NCBI GenBank assembly: GCA_965277285.1 | Contig: OZ255721.1 | Coordinates: forward strand, 1-64,000 | Length of the DNA: 64,000 nucleotides | Direction of reading: 5' to 3' | Source of the DNA: Abditibacteriaceae bacterium | GTDB taxonomy: Bacteria; Armatimonadota; Abditibacteriia; Abditibacteriales; Abditibacteriaceae | Part shown: positions 29,185-38,959 of the stretch, piece after piece | Layout: every line of letters begins with the position of its first letter | Numbering within the stretch: the first letter of the stretch is position 1 | The notes under the pieces: model-generated | Told to the model about the DNA's origin: nothing | Databases searched by the model: none | What the model saw: only the letters and a program-made list of their open reading frames with translations | Translations under genes and position numbers: made by a program

Positions 29185-30951
29185 TTATTGTGCGCGCTCA
29201 AGGCTGAACTGCTGCCAGGGATAACTATTGTCGGGATATTGCTGGAGTTTGGTGTTGTTGGCCGTTGAACCGCCAGGAATGTTCCAGCTCATGCCGTCAT
29301 GCCCAAAGTAGAACTTGAACTTGCCGTTGGTCAAGGGCGTGATGCGAATCTTCTGATCGCCGACGTTGTTGGGATTGTAGTCCCACAAATGCGTGTTGTA
29401 GCCCGGTGCGGTCGAGCCATTTTGGACACAAAGCACACGGTTTGTCGCATTGAGGTTGAACAAGCCATAAAAACCATCGCCTTCGCTGACAAACTGCCAC
29501 TGGAACCAAGGATTGTTCTCCTGAGTATATTGGACGACGGTGCTGCGGATAGTGGTGCTGTGGAGAAGAGGGTTGCTGTTACTTCTGCCTTCACTTTGAA
29601 CGCAGATGTACTTGCCGCTATCAGCGCGCACGAAGTAGTTGCCCCACGGCTGCAAACGCCATTTTTGGTTGGCGCCACCGTTGTTAGAACTCCACTGCCA
29701 GACGGTTCCGTTGTCGTTGGTGTTGCCGAAAGAGACGTCCAGATACAGTCCGCTGCGCACATTACGAATGTTATACCAACCGCTACCCATGTCGACCAAG
29801 TCCCACTGCTGGCTGGGATCGCCATAGGTATAATCTGTATCGGTCAACTGCGCGCCGGTGTTCGTGGAATCGCCAGCGATGGACATTGCCTTGCCACTCA
29901 CCCAGGAGATGAGTTTGAAGTGATCGTGGTTTTCGGTCGGCGCCAATGCCCAGCGTTGGTTGGCGCTATTGTAATCGGAGGTCCACTGATTGACGTTTGC
30001 GTCGTTCGCGGTATTACCACTAATCAAGTCAAGTGATTTGCTGCTGTTTTGATTGACGATGTTGAAGAACGGGATCGGATCGACGCCCAAATGCAAGGCT
30101 TCACCCCAACGTTGGCCGTCCCATGGAAACGAGCCGTTCAACCAGAGAAAACCGCCGGTAATGCCCAGATTGCTCTGCCAATTACGGAACTTCGCCGTTG
30201 CCGAAGCCATGGAATCAACGTTCCCCCACAGTCCGGGATAAACCTTGAAGCCGCCAAAGGCATTGTTCCAGTCGCCCGGATCGTTGCCAGCGCCGCCATC
30301 GTAGCATTGAAGATAAATGGCATCCACTTTCGACCCCAAGCCCGATTTGACGTTCACCCAGAAAGATTGGTTTGTGTAGGGGCAAAGCGTCACTTTCATG
30401 CCCAACGAGGAAATCATGTTACCAAACGATACGGCTGAATCGGAGTCGTAGGTGCCCTCGTCGTCATACTGAATGGCATCAATGCCAGTCGCGTTCTTCA
30501 AAGCTTGGAAGCTGCGATACAGGATGCTTCCAGAACTTGTTCCCTGGGAAGCGATCAAGTCCTTGATGTTGGTGAAACTCGGGTCGCCATAGCCACCAAT
30601 GGTCAGTTCGATACGATTGACCGTAGAAGGTGATGCCTTGCAAGCCGCAAGTTTGGAACCCCAGGTGGAATCGCCGACATAGACACCATTTGTGACAAGG
30701 GCTGTTCCATTGTAGTCGAGGTTGCCATTGGCTTGGACATGCATTGTGAACAAACACAATGTCGTAAATCCCGAGGTGCGCGCCGTATCTTGCCAGGCTT
30801 GAGTCGGAGCATAATACTCGTTGCCCACGTATAATGCCTTGGCGGCATTGCCAAGCGCGTACGCGGGGACGGCCATTGGCAGAATCAGGCTGCTAAAAGC
30901 AAGCACGGCAATGACGGGTTTCAGTAGGTTTTGAACGAAACGACCTAACAT
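29185..30951 (-). CDS. Secreted GH18-like glycoside hydrolase with two ricin-type beta-trefoil lectin domains
   Basis: Signal peptide ending AYA; IDAIQYDDE (EndoH-type DxxxFDDE motif); repeated QxW motifs (NQRW, SQQW, NQKW); GAGGAG RBS. Confidence 0.8.
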   Translation of the reverse strand: MLGRFVQNLLKPVIAVLAFSSLILPMAVPAYALGNAAKALYVGNEYYAPTQAWQDTARTSGFTTLCLFTMHVQANGNLDYNGTALVTNGVYVGDSTWGSKLAACKASPSTVNRIELTIGGYGDPSFTNIKDLIASQGTSSGSILYRSFQALKNATGIDAIQYDDEGTYDSDSAVSFGNMISSLGMKVTLCPYTNQSFWVNVKSGLGSKVDAIYLQCYDGGAGNDPGDWNNAFGGFKVYPGLWGNVDSMASATAKFRNWQSNLGITGGFLWLNGSFPWDGQRWGEALHLGVDPIPFFNIVNQNSSKSLDLISGNTANDANVNQWTSDYNSANQRWALAPTENHDHFKLISWVSGKAMSIAGDSTNTGAQLTDTDYTYGDPSQQWDLVDMGSGWYNIRNVRSGLYLDVSFGNTNDNGTVWQWSSNNGGANQKWRLQPWGNYFVRADSGKYICVQSEGRSNSNPLLHSTTIRSTVVQYTQENNPWFQWQFVSEGDGFYGLFNLNATNRVLCVQNGSTAPGYNTHLWDYNPNNVGDQKIRITPLTNGKFKFYFGHDGMSWNIPGGSTANNTKLQQYPDNSYPWQQFSLERAQ

Positions 30952-31106
30952 ATTAACTCCTCTTTGTACGACGACGTTGTACGATGACGTTTGACAACGG
31001 CATTGTTGGCGTTCGCATCAAAATTGCGCTTACGACGCGCTCGCTCAAACGTGCTCAAACCTGTCCACTGAGCAGCGCGAGCAGCAAGTTGGCAGATGTG
31101 ATATAT

Positions 31107-31209
31107 GCCGCCGAGGTATATGTCGACGGCGTATCCGTGAACGGGGCGAATACGGATACGCCGCCGAGGTATATGTCGACGGCGTATCCGTGAACGGGGC
31201 GAATACGGA
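31107..31209. repeat. Two-copy tandem repeat, 53-bp period
   Basis: gccgccgaggtatatgtcgacggcgtatccgtgaacggggcgaatacgga at 31107 and 31160. Confidence 0.9.
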
Positions 31210-31536
31210 ACAAGTGCAGAAAGAGCATCTACACGAACTCGTTTCCTACACCTCCTCGAACGTGAAGCGGAACCTGGACACAATAATAGATAAATCAAGA
31301 ATAACTACCAGAACTGAGGCGAGCGTTTGGCAAGTAGATTCACTTTTGGCTTTTCAAACGTGTGATTCGTTTTGCTACTTGCTTTACGTTTCTCTGCAAG
31401 ATAGGGGTCACCGTATTATACCCGCGAAAAGGTAATTTCAACCATCGCTTATGGGTTATAAAGCGATTCGGTTTGCGGGCTGGCTTTTTATTACAGAAGG
31501 AGAGGCGTTGAAGTTGACTGGGCTCGTGGAAAAACG

Positions 31537-31605
31537 ACACAACAGCGAGTACTCGCTGTTTTTAAGCGCAGGCTGCAAGAGGTCGGGCGCAGCGCTTTGT
31601 TATGA
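31537..31605 (-). other. attC-like site containing a GAGTACTC palindrome
   Basis: Minus strand TCATAACaaagcgctgcgcccgacc...gcgagtactcgctGTTGTGT, 8 bp after the stop of the membrane-protein gene. Confidence 0.6.
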
Positions 31606-31613
31606 TGCTGTTA

Positions 31614-32078
31614 TCAACTGTCGCCAATATATTTTTTGGACGACTTGATTAGTCGAAATCCCGAATATATCAATGGGAAAATAACAAGTATCGGTGGCCC
31701 AATCATCCAAGCAAGATTTTCGCGCCCAGTTTCCGAATTCATACTAATAGTTGTCATTTTTGGTTCGCCCTGAAACCATATTAAACAAAGCTGAACTGCT
31801 ATTACGCTACCAATAACAACACATATCCAACCAGCAGCAGCAGGTTTACATTTACGCAAATACAGTATTGCTCCAGCGATACCGCCTATTATGCCGCCAA
31901 GTATCCCAAAAACTATAAATGCGCCAATTATAGCGAAGCCAGCCATATCGTTTTTCATCGCTGCTTTGCCATCACCAAACATAATGTACGGCGGAACGAC
32001 GGCTCCGATAATAGTACCAATGAGGCCGATTGAAAAAATCCATCCTGTAAGGCTGCTCATTTTGAATTCTTCGGACAT
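31614..32078 (-). CDS. Hypothetical 4-TM membrane protein (AT-rich; cassette-like)
   Basis: Four hydrophobic segments; AAGG RBS; followed by an attC-like site. Confidence 0.7.
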   Translation of the reverse strand: MSEEFKMSSLTGWIFSIGLIGTIIGAVVPPYIMFGDGKAAMKNDMAGFAIIGAFIVFGILGGIIGGIAGAILYLRKCKPAAAGWICVVIGSVIAVQLCLIWFQGEPKMTTISMNSETGRENLAWMIGPPILVIFPLIYSGFRLIKSSKKYIGDS

Positions 32079-32219
32079 GATTTACCTTATAGCATATCCA
32101 GCAAAGCCGCACAGCAGGCGAACTATGTCTCTACTGCAGCATCGCTGTCTTATCTTCTGTATTAATCACATTCCAAACTGTTTTCATGAGGTGCAGGACG
32201 AGGGCGCGTTCGTAGGGCA

Positions 32220-32675
32220 TCAGGGCGTTGAGGTGGTTGGCGATGAGTTAGCTTCTGTCGCTTTTTCATTAGGAAAACGGGATCCCGCAGATTCCTGTTG
32301 CTCATATTGTTCCTGGAGAATCACACGGTTTCTTCCGGCGCTTTTAGCCGCATACAAGGCGAGATCAGCCCGCAATAACAGCTCTTGCGGCTCTCCCGAC
32401 ACCCATGTCGCTGCGCCAAAACTGGCCGTCACCGACGTGTTTCCCCACGCATATTCTGCAATCGTGCGGCGTATTCGCTCAGCCACCTGCCAGGCACCAA
32501 CGCTTCCCGTGTTCGGCAAAATCAAAGCGAATTCCTCGCCGCCATAGCGGGCGCAAAAATCTCGTCCGAGCGATTCCTGATGCATTAGGCGACCAATCAC
32601 GCGCAGAACTTCATCGCCCGAAGCGTGACCAAACGTGTCATTATAATGCTTGAAGTGATCGAGGTCGAAAAACAT
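32220..32675 (-). pseudogene. Diguanylate cyclase GGDEF domain, N-terminus removed by IS5
   Basis: FDLDHFKHYNDTFGHASGDEVL, ARYGGEEF, RADLALYAAK...GRN. Confidence 0.82.
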
Positions 32676-32679
32676 TCCA

Positions 32680-33004
32680 AGCAGTCTCATAAATAGCATT
32701 TGAGCAAAATCTTGATGCAAGCGAGGTGAACGAACCCCAAATAGTTCTCTGGATAAAAGTCAAAGCGAATGAGCACACGCCGAAAGTTTTGCAGCCAAGC
32801 AAAGAGCCGTTCGATTTTCCAGCGCCGTTTATAACGGCGCAGTGGCCTTCCATCTTGTGTTTTGTTTTCCGGCTTACGATTTTTGCGGTGCGGCGCAATC
32901 ATCTCAACGCCTTCTGCTTTTAATTGCTCATCAAGTTTGTCGCTGTCGTAGGCTTTATCACCAATCAGGTGCTGGGGCCATTCATCCACGAGAGTTTGCT
33001 CCAG
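32680..33004 (-). mobile_element. IS5-family 3' remnant
   Basis: [10 protein letters not shown]...[21 protein letters not shown]; truncated upstream by an IS3 end. Confidence 0.85.
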
Positions 33005-33514
33005 TGGAGTTCACCCTTTAATGTGGACAATCAGTTAAGCATGGATTGCTCGTAGTCGTGTGGGCTGAGGTAGCCCAGTGCTGAATGTCTTCGTTTTCGA
33101 TTGTAGAAGACTTCGATGTAGTAAAACAGGCTGGCTTTGGCCTGCTCGTGCGTCAGATAGTTTTCTCGATGCACCTCCTCTTTTTTGAGAGTGGCAAAGA
33201 AGCTTTCAAGAGGCGCATTATCCCAGCAGTTTCCCCGACGACTCATGCTGCACACGATGCTCTGTTCCTTCAACCGCTCCTGATAGGCGTTTGCCGCGTA
33301 TTGGCTGCCCTGGTCACTGTGAAAGAGCAGTGGCTCGGTAACTTCTGCTGAGAATCGGCGACCAAGGGCCATTTCCAATGCTTCATGCACTAATGTCTGC
33401 TCCAAAGTATCTTTCATGCTCCAGCCGATGACCTTGCGGCTTTTCAGGTCGAGCACCACTGCCACATACAGCCAGCCCTGCGCGGTTGGAACATAGGTGA
33501 TGTCTCCGGCCCAT
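33005..33514 (-). mobile_element. IS3-family 3' remnant (integrase core + right end)
   Basis: WAGDITY...FHSDQGSQY...GNCWDNAPLESFF...RHSALGYLSP; end tgtccacattaaagggtgaactcca. Confidence 0.87.
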
Positions 33515-33540
33515 CGAGGTGCTCCCCTGAGGTATACCAG

Positions 33541-34356
33541 TCAAAGGGTAAGATTCTGCTGTTGTCGGTCGTAGTTTTGTGCCCACGTATCGGGCGGTAA
33601 ATAACCCAAGCTCGAATGCGGCCTTTCGCTATTGTAACTGATGCGCCACGCTTCGATAATCTCTCTGGCTTCTTGCAAACTGCTAAACCACTCCTGATCC
33701 AGACATTCGGCGCGAAAGCGCCCGTTGAAGGACTCGATCTGCCCGTTTTGCGTTGGCTTGCCGGGCTCGATAAAATCCAGCTTCACGTTGTTCGCATATG
33801 CCCACAAATCAAGAATCTTGCTCCTGAACTCCGAGCCATTATCGACGCGAATCACCTGCGGCACGCCCTGTTTCTGCTTGACGGATTCGAGCAAGCGCAC
33901 CACACGCTGGGCCGTCAAACTGGTGTCCACTTCCTGACCCAGACATTGCCGGGTAAACGCCTCGGTCAGGTTCAAGGTGCGAAAGCTGCGCCCGTCGCTC
34001 AAACGGTCGTGAATGAAGTCCATTTGCCAGCGCTGGTTGGGCGCTGTGACTGGCGCTGACGGACCGCGCTTTTCGCACTTGAGATGTCTTTTGTGTTTGG
34101 GACGCAACCCCAGCTTCTCTTCGCGGTAAAGTCGCAACGTTTTCTTGTGGTTGACCCTCCAACCCTGAAGACGCAGGCGACCATGCAACAGGCGATAACC
34201 CCAGGCCGGTTCCTTTTCGGCCAGTTGTCGCAATGCCTCACGCAAAGCCGCATCGTCACCCCGTTTTGACACATGACGCGCACTGTTGCGGTTACAACTG
34301 ACCAACCGACACGCCCGCCGCTGTAGGTAACTGTGCTGTTGTTGCAAATGCTGCAC
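33541..34356 (-). CDS. IS3 transposase OrfB (DDE)
   Basis: WQMDFIHD, VDNGSEF, GKPTQNGQIESFNG; reached by a -1 frameshift at CAAAAAACTGG near 34390. Confidence 0.9.
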   Translation of the reverse strand: MQHLQQQHSYLQRRACRLVSCNRNSARHVSKRGDDAALREALRQLAEKEPAWGYRLLHGRLRLQGWRVNHKKTLRLYREEKLGLRPKHKRHLKCEKRGPSAPVTAPNQRWQMDFIHDRLSDGRSFRTLNLTEAFTRQCLGQEVDTSLTAQRVVRLLESVKQKQGVPQVIRVDNGSEFRSKILDLWAYANNVKLDFIEPGKPTQNGQIESFNGRFRAECLDQEWFSSLQEAREIIEAWRISYNSERPHSSLGYLPPDTWAQNYDRQQQNLTL

Positions 34357-34379
34357 AGCCCCTTTCCTGGCAGCGGGCT

Positions 34380-34643
34380 TTACCAGTTTTTTGAGAGCAG
34401 ATCCTTCAACGCCACAACATCCATCGCTTGCTCGGCCACAATGCGTTTGAGTTTGGCATTCTCGGCTTCGAGTTGACGCAGGCGCTGGGCTTCACTTACC
34501 TTCAAGCCGCCGTATTTGCCCTTCCACGCCGAAAACGTCTTGGGACTGATGTTTTGTTCGCGGCAAATCTCAACCACGCTGCGACCACTTTCCTGCTGCT
34601 TCAAAAATCCGATGATCTGCTCTTCGCTGAATCGACTTTTCAT
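34380..34643 (-). CDS. IS3 transposase OrfA (HTH)
   Basis: MKSRFSEEQII...WKGKYGG...LEAENAKLK...KNW. Confidence 0.9.
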   Translation of the reverse strand: MKSRFSEEQIIGFLKQQESGRSVVEICREQNISPKTFSAWKGKYGGLKVSEAQRLRQLEAENAKLKRIVAEQAMDVVALKDLLSKNW

Positions 34644-34711
34644 CTGTTCCTCTCCTGAAAACTTCAGAGAATCGGAACCTTATTCTGGCATACTTTCAGG
34701 GGAACACGTCA

Positions 34712-35728
34712 GGCAACGGTTCGAAGCTTCTGACCTACCTTCGCCAGCAGTGCCAGAGCACCTTCGGGTTCAATCTCTACATAATGGTCTCGCGCGACTG
34801 GGTGGTCAACGATCCTTCGAGCGATACCCCGTCCATCGTCGATGCCGTTTATCCGTGGTTTACTCCAGTGCCAGGCGCTAATTACTCCTCATGGAATACC
34901 AACACATGGAACGGCGTGACAACTGGCTGTGTCGTGCCTCAGTTCCATATCTCCAGCAATGCCGATGCAAATCAAAGCACCTGGGGAGTTGATCCCAATC
35001 ATGGAAATACTTTGATCGCCGGTTTGAACGGCACGATTCAACGAGCTGATGTCGTCTCGACTTTCATTGAAGGGTTCGACGACTATTGGGAGAATGCCAC
35101 CATTTGGCGCGCTCGCAATATCACGGAAACAGGCGCTGCTGTAGCTTATAGCCAAACCTACTACGACTATCCAAACCAGCGCCTCAATATCGTGCGAGCG
35201 CACAGCAACAACCCATTTCCCCCAAACTTGAAAGCCGAAGCCGAAGGCGCCGACTTTGTGAGCGGTGGCATCTCGACGACTCACGGCTTGTATCGCAACG
35301 GTAATATCTCAGTGCAAAAAACCACGGATCGGTTCGGAGGTTGGAATGTTTGCTCCACACAAACCGGACAAATGCTGCGATGGCTCGATGTGCCGCTCCA
35401 GGGAACGATGCGCTTCAAAGTGCGCGCCGCCACCGCCTTGGCTGGACGCAAACTTCATTTCGTTATTGATGGAGTCACTTATCCCGCCGTCAACATGCCC
35501 ACGACTGGTGGCTGGCAGATCTGGTCTACCATTGATATGGGCCAATATAGCTTTGCTGCCCAAAGTCGTCACGATGTGCGGCTGGTCTGGGATACAAGCG
35601 GTGTAAACGTGAACTGGTGGCAGATCAAAACGGTCGCTCTTCCCAGTGGCAACTCTAAAATTGTCGCCCAACAAAGACAAAATCATCACCGCGCCGTTCG
35701 TGCTGAAGGTGGGACAGGGCGCCACTGA
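34712..35728 (+). pseudogene. Fragment of a glycan-active protein (DUF5010-like + CBM6/35-like), truncated by the IS
   Basis: FIEGFDDYWEN; EAEGAD...TGGWQIWSTI...VNVNWW is CBM6-like. No native start; the C-terminus runs into unrelated sequence. Confidence 0.6.
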
Positions 35729-35927
35729 AATAATGGCGCAATCGAGTACTCGATCCGGCGGAAAAACCGCGCAAAACGTGGTTTATACTTGCCGATGCGC
35801 CCCAAAGTGCAAGCGGAAACTCCGGCCAGTTGTCGCAAGTGTGGCATGACGATAGTTCCAAAAGCGTAATGGATCATTGAAGTCATTGCCTGAATGTCAG
35901 TTCTAAAACCGGTTATTGAAAGTTACC

Positions 35928-36617
35928 ATGAGAAAAAGCCTTGAACCAACTGCGCCGCGAAACATGACAAAATTAAACTGGACGCCGTTCGTGATTACCT
36001 TTCTGCTGGGTAGCGGAATGGGAGTTTGCGGGACGCTGACTTATCAGCATTTCAAGGCGCAAGACACGTCTCAAGTGTCGCCGGACAGCGAATCGAGTAC
36101 TCGATCTGCGTCAGGCGGCGTGCCCGCGGAATTGAAGCAAATTGTTCCATCGTTCAATGCGTCGCCAACGACAAATGCGTCGCTGGCGAGCAGTCAAAAT
36201 TCGGCGCAACGGGCTTTGTCGCAAGGCAACGCATTTTACGATGGGCGCAACTGGAATCAGGCGGCGTTGCAATATGAGCAAGCTGTCGCGGGCGGTTTGG
36301 ATAATGCCGATGTGCGAACCGATTTGGGCAATGCTTACCGGTTTTTAGGGCAACCGCAAAAGGCGCTCGAACAATATCGTCGGGCGCAAAAGCAGAACCC
36401 GCAGCACGAGCAAAGTTTGTTCAATCAAGGTGGCTTATATGCGTTTTCGCTCCATGACAACGCCAAAGCGATTGCGAAGTGGCGCGAATACATCCAGCGT
36501 TTTCCGCAGGGCGCGACGGTGGCCGAAGCGCGTCAATTGATTGTGCAAGCACAAAGTGGACAATTGTCAAACCAAACCGATGCGCCCGCAACCGCGTCCG
36601 TGACGCCCAAATCGTAA
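35928..36617 (+). CDS. Membrane-anchored TPR protein
   Basis: N-terminal TM segment; GNAFYD, DVRTDLGNAY and SLFNQG TPR motifs. Confidence 0.82.
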   Translation: MRKSLEPTAPRNMTKLNWTPFVITFLLGSGMGVCGTLTYQHFKAQDTSQVSPDSESSTRSASGGVPAELKQIVPSFNASPTTNASLASSQNSAQRALSQGNAFYDGRNWNQAALQYEQAVAGGLDNADVRTDLGNAYRFLGQPQKALEQYRRAQKQNPQHEQSLFNQGGLYAFSLHDNAKAIAKWREYIQRFPQGATVAEARQLIVQAQSGQLSNQTDAPATASVTPKS

Positions 36618-36730
36618 AAGTCGAGTAACCAGAAGTTAATCGAAACGATGATGAAGATGATGAATAAGAAACAATGAAAATCCCTTAACTGAAAGTAAGG
36701 AATGACATAATTTTACGTTGCTGAAACTGA

Positions 36731-36903
36731 AGAGGGTGTATAGAAAGTCGCAAGGGCAGTAGCAAATGCTCGAAAGTGAAAGTCTGTCATTCTGAGCGCA
36801 GCGAAGAATCTAACTTCGCATATAGATTCTTCGCTGCGCTCAGAACGACAAACTCTTATTTTTGTGGCTTTTTGCTACTTTCGCCCACTTTCCATACACC
36901 TCT
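36731..36903. repeat. Palindromic MITE-like element with inner tgtcattctgagcgcagcgaagaatct hairpin
   Basis: Nested IRs: ggtgtatagaaagt/actttccatacacc, agtagcaaa/tttgctact, and 28-bp inner arms at 36785-36850. Confidence 0.8.
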
Positions 36904-36920
36904 AACGAGGCAGGCAGAAC

Positions 36921-37410
36921 ATGACTGCTTTTATCAAAACGCCGCCAACTCGGGTCATTGATCCAGTATGCGGCATGACCATTGACACGAGCGAAGCGGC
37001 AGGAACACGCGACTATCAGGGCACGACTTTTTACTTTTGCTCGAAAGATTGCCTGCAAACATTCGACGCTGATCCAAGGCAATTCGCGGGTAAGGCAGCG
37101 GACAGGCAGCCTGAAGGCATCATTACGCAGAATCCTTCGGGCGTCGCTAAGCCAGAAGAGAACGCGCATCGAGTACTCGATGCGCGTTTCCCAGTCGCAA
37201 ATCAGGTTGACCCGCAGCCTGTCCGCAGCGTTGCAAGCGCACGCGCTGATTTGCCGCTACTTGGGATGCACTGCCCGGCGAAAAAGTGCCGGTCGATGGC
37301 GAAGTGGTGGACGGTTCGTCTTCGGTCAACGAAAGCATGCTGACCGGCGAACCTTTGCCTATCGAAAAGAAAGTGGGCGACACGGTTTTCGGCGCGACGC
37401 TGAACGCGAT
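36921..37410 (+). pseudogene. Internally deleted heavy-metal P1B-ATPase (YHS + HMA start + actuator fragment)
   Basis: DPVCGM...YFCSKDC (YHS), then LGMHC joined directly to PVDGEV...[13 protein letters not shown]...GATLN in another frame. Confidence 0.8.
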
Positions 37411-37722
37411 TTTGCCTTGGGCGCACGGCTACACCTACCGCGAAAATGGCATCGAACGCGCACAACCGCTCATCCGACCCAAATTGCGCGGCGCAGCGGC
37501 GCTTTCTACTGGGAACAGTTTCAAAAAGCCAAAGCTCTGGGTATCAACACCGTTTTTGTTGCCATGTTCGATGAAGTCGATGAAGGCACCGCCATTTTCA
37601 AAGTGACCAACACGCCGCCACAGCCAGGCTTTTTCGCCACTTACGAAGGTCAGCCTTCCGACTTTTATCTGCGAATGACCGGCAAAGGCACACGTCTTCT
37701 GCGCAGCGACAGAGCGCCGTAA
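37410..37722 (+). pseudogene. C-terminal fragment of a glycoside hydrolase-like protein
   Basis: FYWEQF...[16 protein letters not shown]...SDFYLRMTG; no start. Confidence 0.55.
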
Positions 37723-37801
37723 TTGCCAAGCGTGATTACTCAAGCGCGAATCCGCCCAATGTTTAACAAAAAGGTAATGGATCAACCGAGTGCGTCGATT
37801 A

Positions 37802-37888
37802 AAAGAACCCCGCGCATAAGCGATGGATGAAACGTAATGAATGAATCAAACTTCTGGTGTTACCCGTCTCTTACGCGCGGGGTTCTTT
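37802..37888. repeat. Inverted-repeat element (same family as 52597-52682)
   Basis: aaagaaccccgcgcataagcgatgg...cccgtctcttacgcgcggggttcttt. Confidence 0.75.
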
Positions 37889-38063
37889 CTGGGATAGGTT
37901 CAATTTAATTCACCGCCCGAGCTACCAGAAAACGCATGACCAAAGTTGAAGACCGCTGTTGTAGGAACCGCAATGGCGTTGCAATTGGAAATGGCGATGC
38001 GGTTCAATTCTACATCGTCATTCCGCCAATCGAGTACTCGAAAGCCGCACAAAAGGAACCAGA

Positions 38064-38810
38064 ATGTGTCGCATTAAGCGAATACTATTTTTTTACGTGG
38101 CGCTGTGCCTCACTTTGTCGTGCCTTTCCGGTTGTGGTCAAAGGAGGCCCGATGGCCCGGCTTTCGATGTGCCATCGCTCCTCGGCTTGAAAATCTCTGC
38201 GGTGACGGCTCGCTTAGGCCCAGGCCAGGAACTTCCCGCCGCAAATCAGGGAAGCGGACGCAGGCAGTGGATTAAAGACGGTTATGCTTTGCGCGTAGAT
38301 TATCGCCAACGCAGCGAGCGCGTGACAGCATTTCGATTGAGCCTTGATGATCCGCAAAAAACTATTAAGGCCAAAGATCAAAACGAGGTGCTGAGCATGG
38401 CGCGCTTGCAGGGCAGCGACGCGCACTACAGCCTGGAATGGGAAGAAGACCCCGATTCAGTCGAACGCTATCGCAGCCTCCAGATAGTGCCCACGCCGCG
38501 CCAACATCAGGTGACGTTGCGCATGACAGGCCAGAATTTAGGCACCATGACACTGGTACAGTTCGACTTTCGGGTGATAGGCAACAGCGGCGAGAACCCT
38601 GACGAAAGTGGACTGACCTTGGCGCCGTGGGACCGCGAACTGCAGGCGCAGGACGGCACGCAATTGAAATTGGAAGCCGTGCCCAATTATTCGCGTACCG
38701 CTCTGCCCGGCGACGCCTCAGTTACCGTGCAGATCGAAGTGGATGGCCAAATCGTGTCAAAACAAACCGCCTCGGCTGGCGGCGTGGCCTCCTGCGACTG
38801 GGAAATATAA
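38064..38810 (+). CDS. Hypothetical lipoprotein
   Basis: AAGGA RBS; lipobox-like LSGC after a hydrophobic stretch. Confidence 0.7.
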   Translation: MCRIKRILFFYVALCLTLSCLSGCGQRRPDGPAFDVPSLLGLKISAVTARLGPGQELPAANQGSGRRQWIKDGYALRVDYRQRSERVTAFRLSLDDPQKTIKAKDQNEVLSMARLQGSDAHYSLEWEEDPDSVERYRSLQIVPTPRQHQVTLRMTGQNLGTMTLVQFDFRVIGNSGENPDESGLTLAPWDRELQAQDGTQLKLEAVPNYSRTALPGDASVTVQIEVDGQIVSKQTASAGGVASCDWEI

Positions 38811-38959
38811 GGCTGTTGATGAATACTGAGAAGCCGTCATCGTGCGCATAGTTTTGTGCCGGTTGAGCAAGACGCGCCGCCGTCAAGTTGCCGATTTCTA
38901 AAGCTTCTTCGGTCGTATAAAGGTCAATTGTAGTGCTGACAAAGGATGAGCTAAAACCT

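Larger units (their letters stand above)
33515..34711 (-). mobile_element. IS3-family (IS407-group-like) element, ~1.2 kb
   Basis: Imperfect IRs tgacgtgttcccctgaaagtatgccag / cgaggtgctcccctgaggtataccag; orfA and orfB; no matching target duplication. Confidence 0.9.

Noticed and set aside
31107..31209. Possible CRISPR array
   Set aside because: Only two adjacent units, no unique spacer, and no cas genes in the window.
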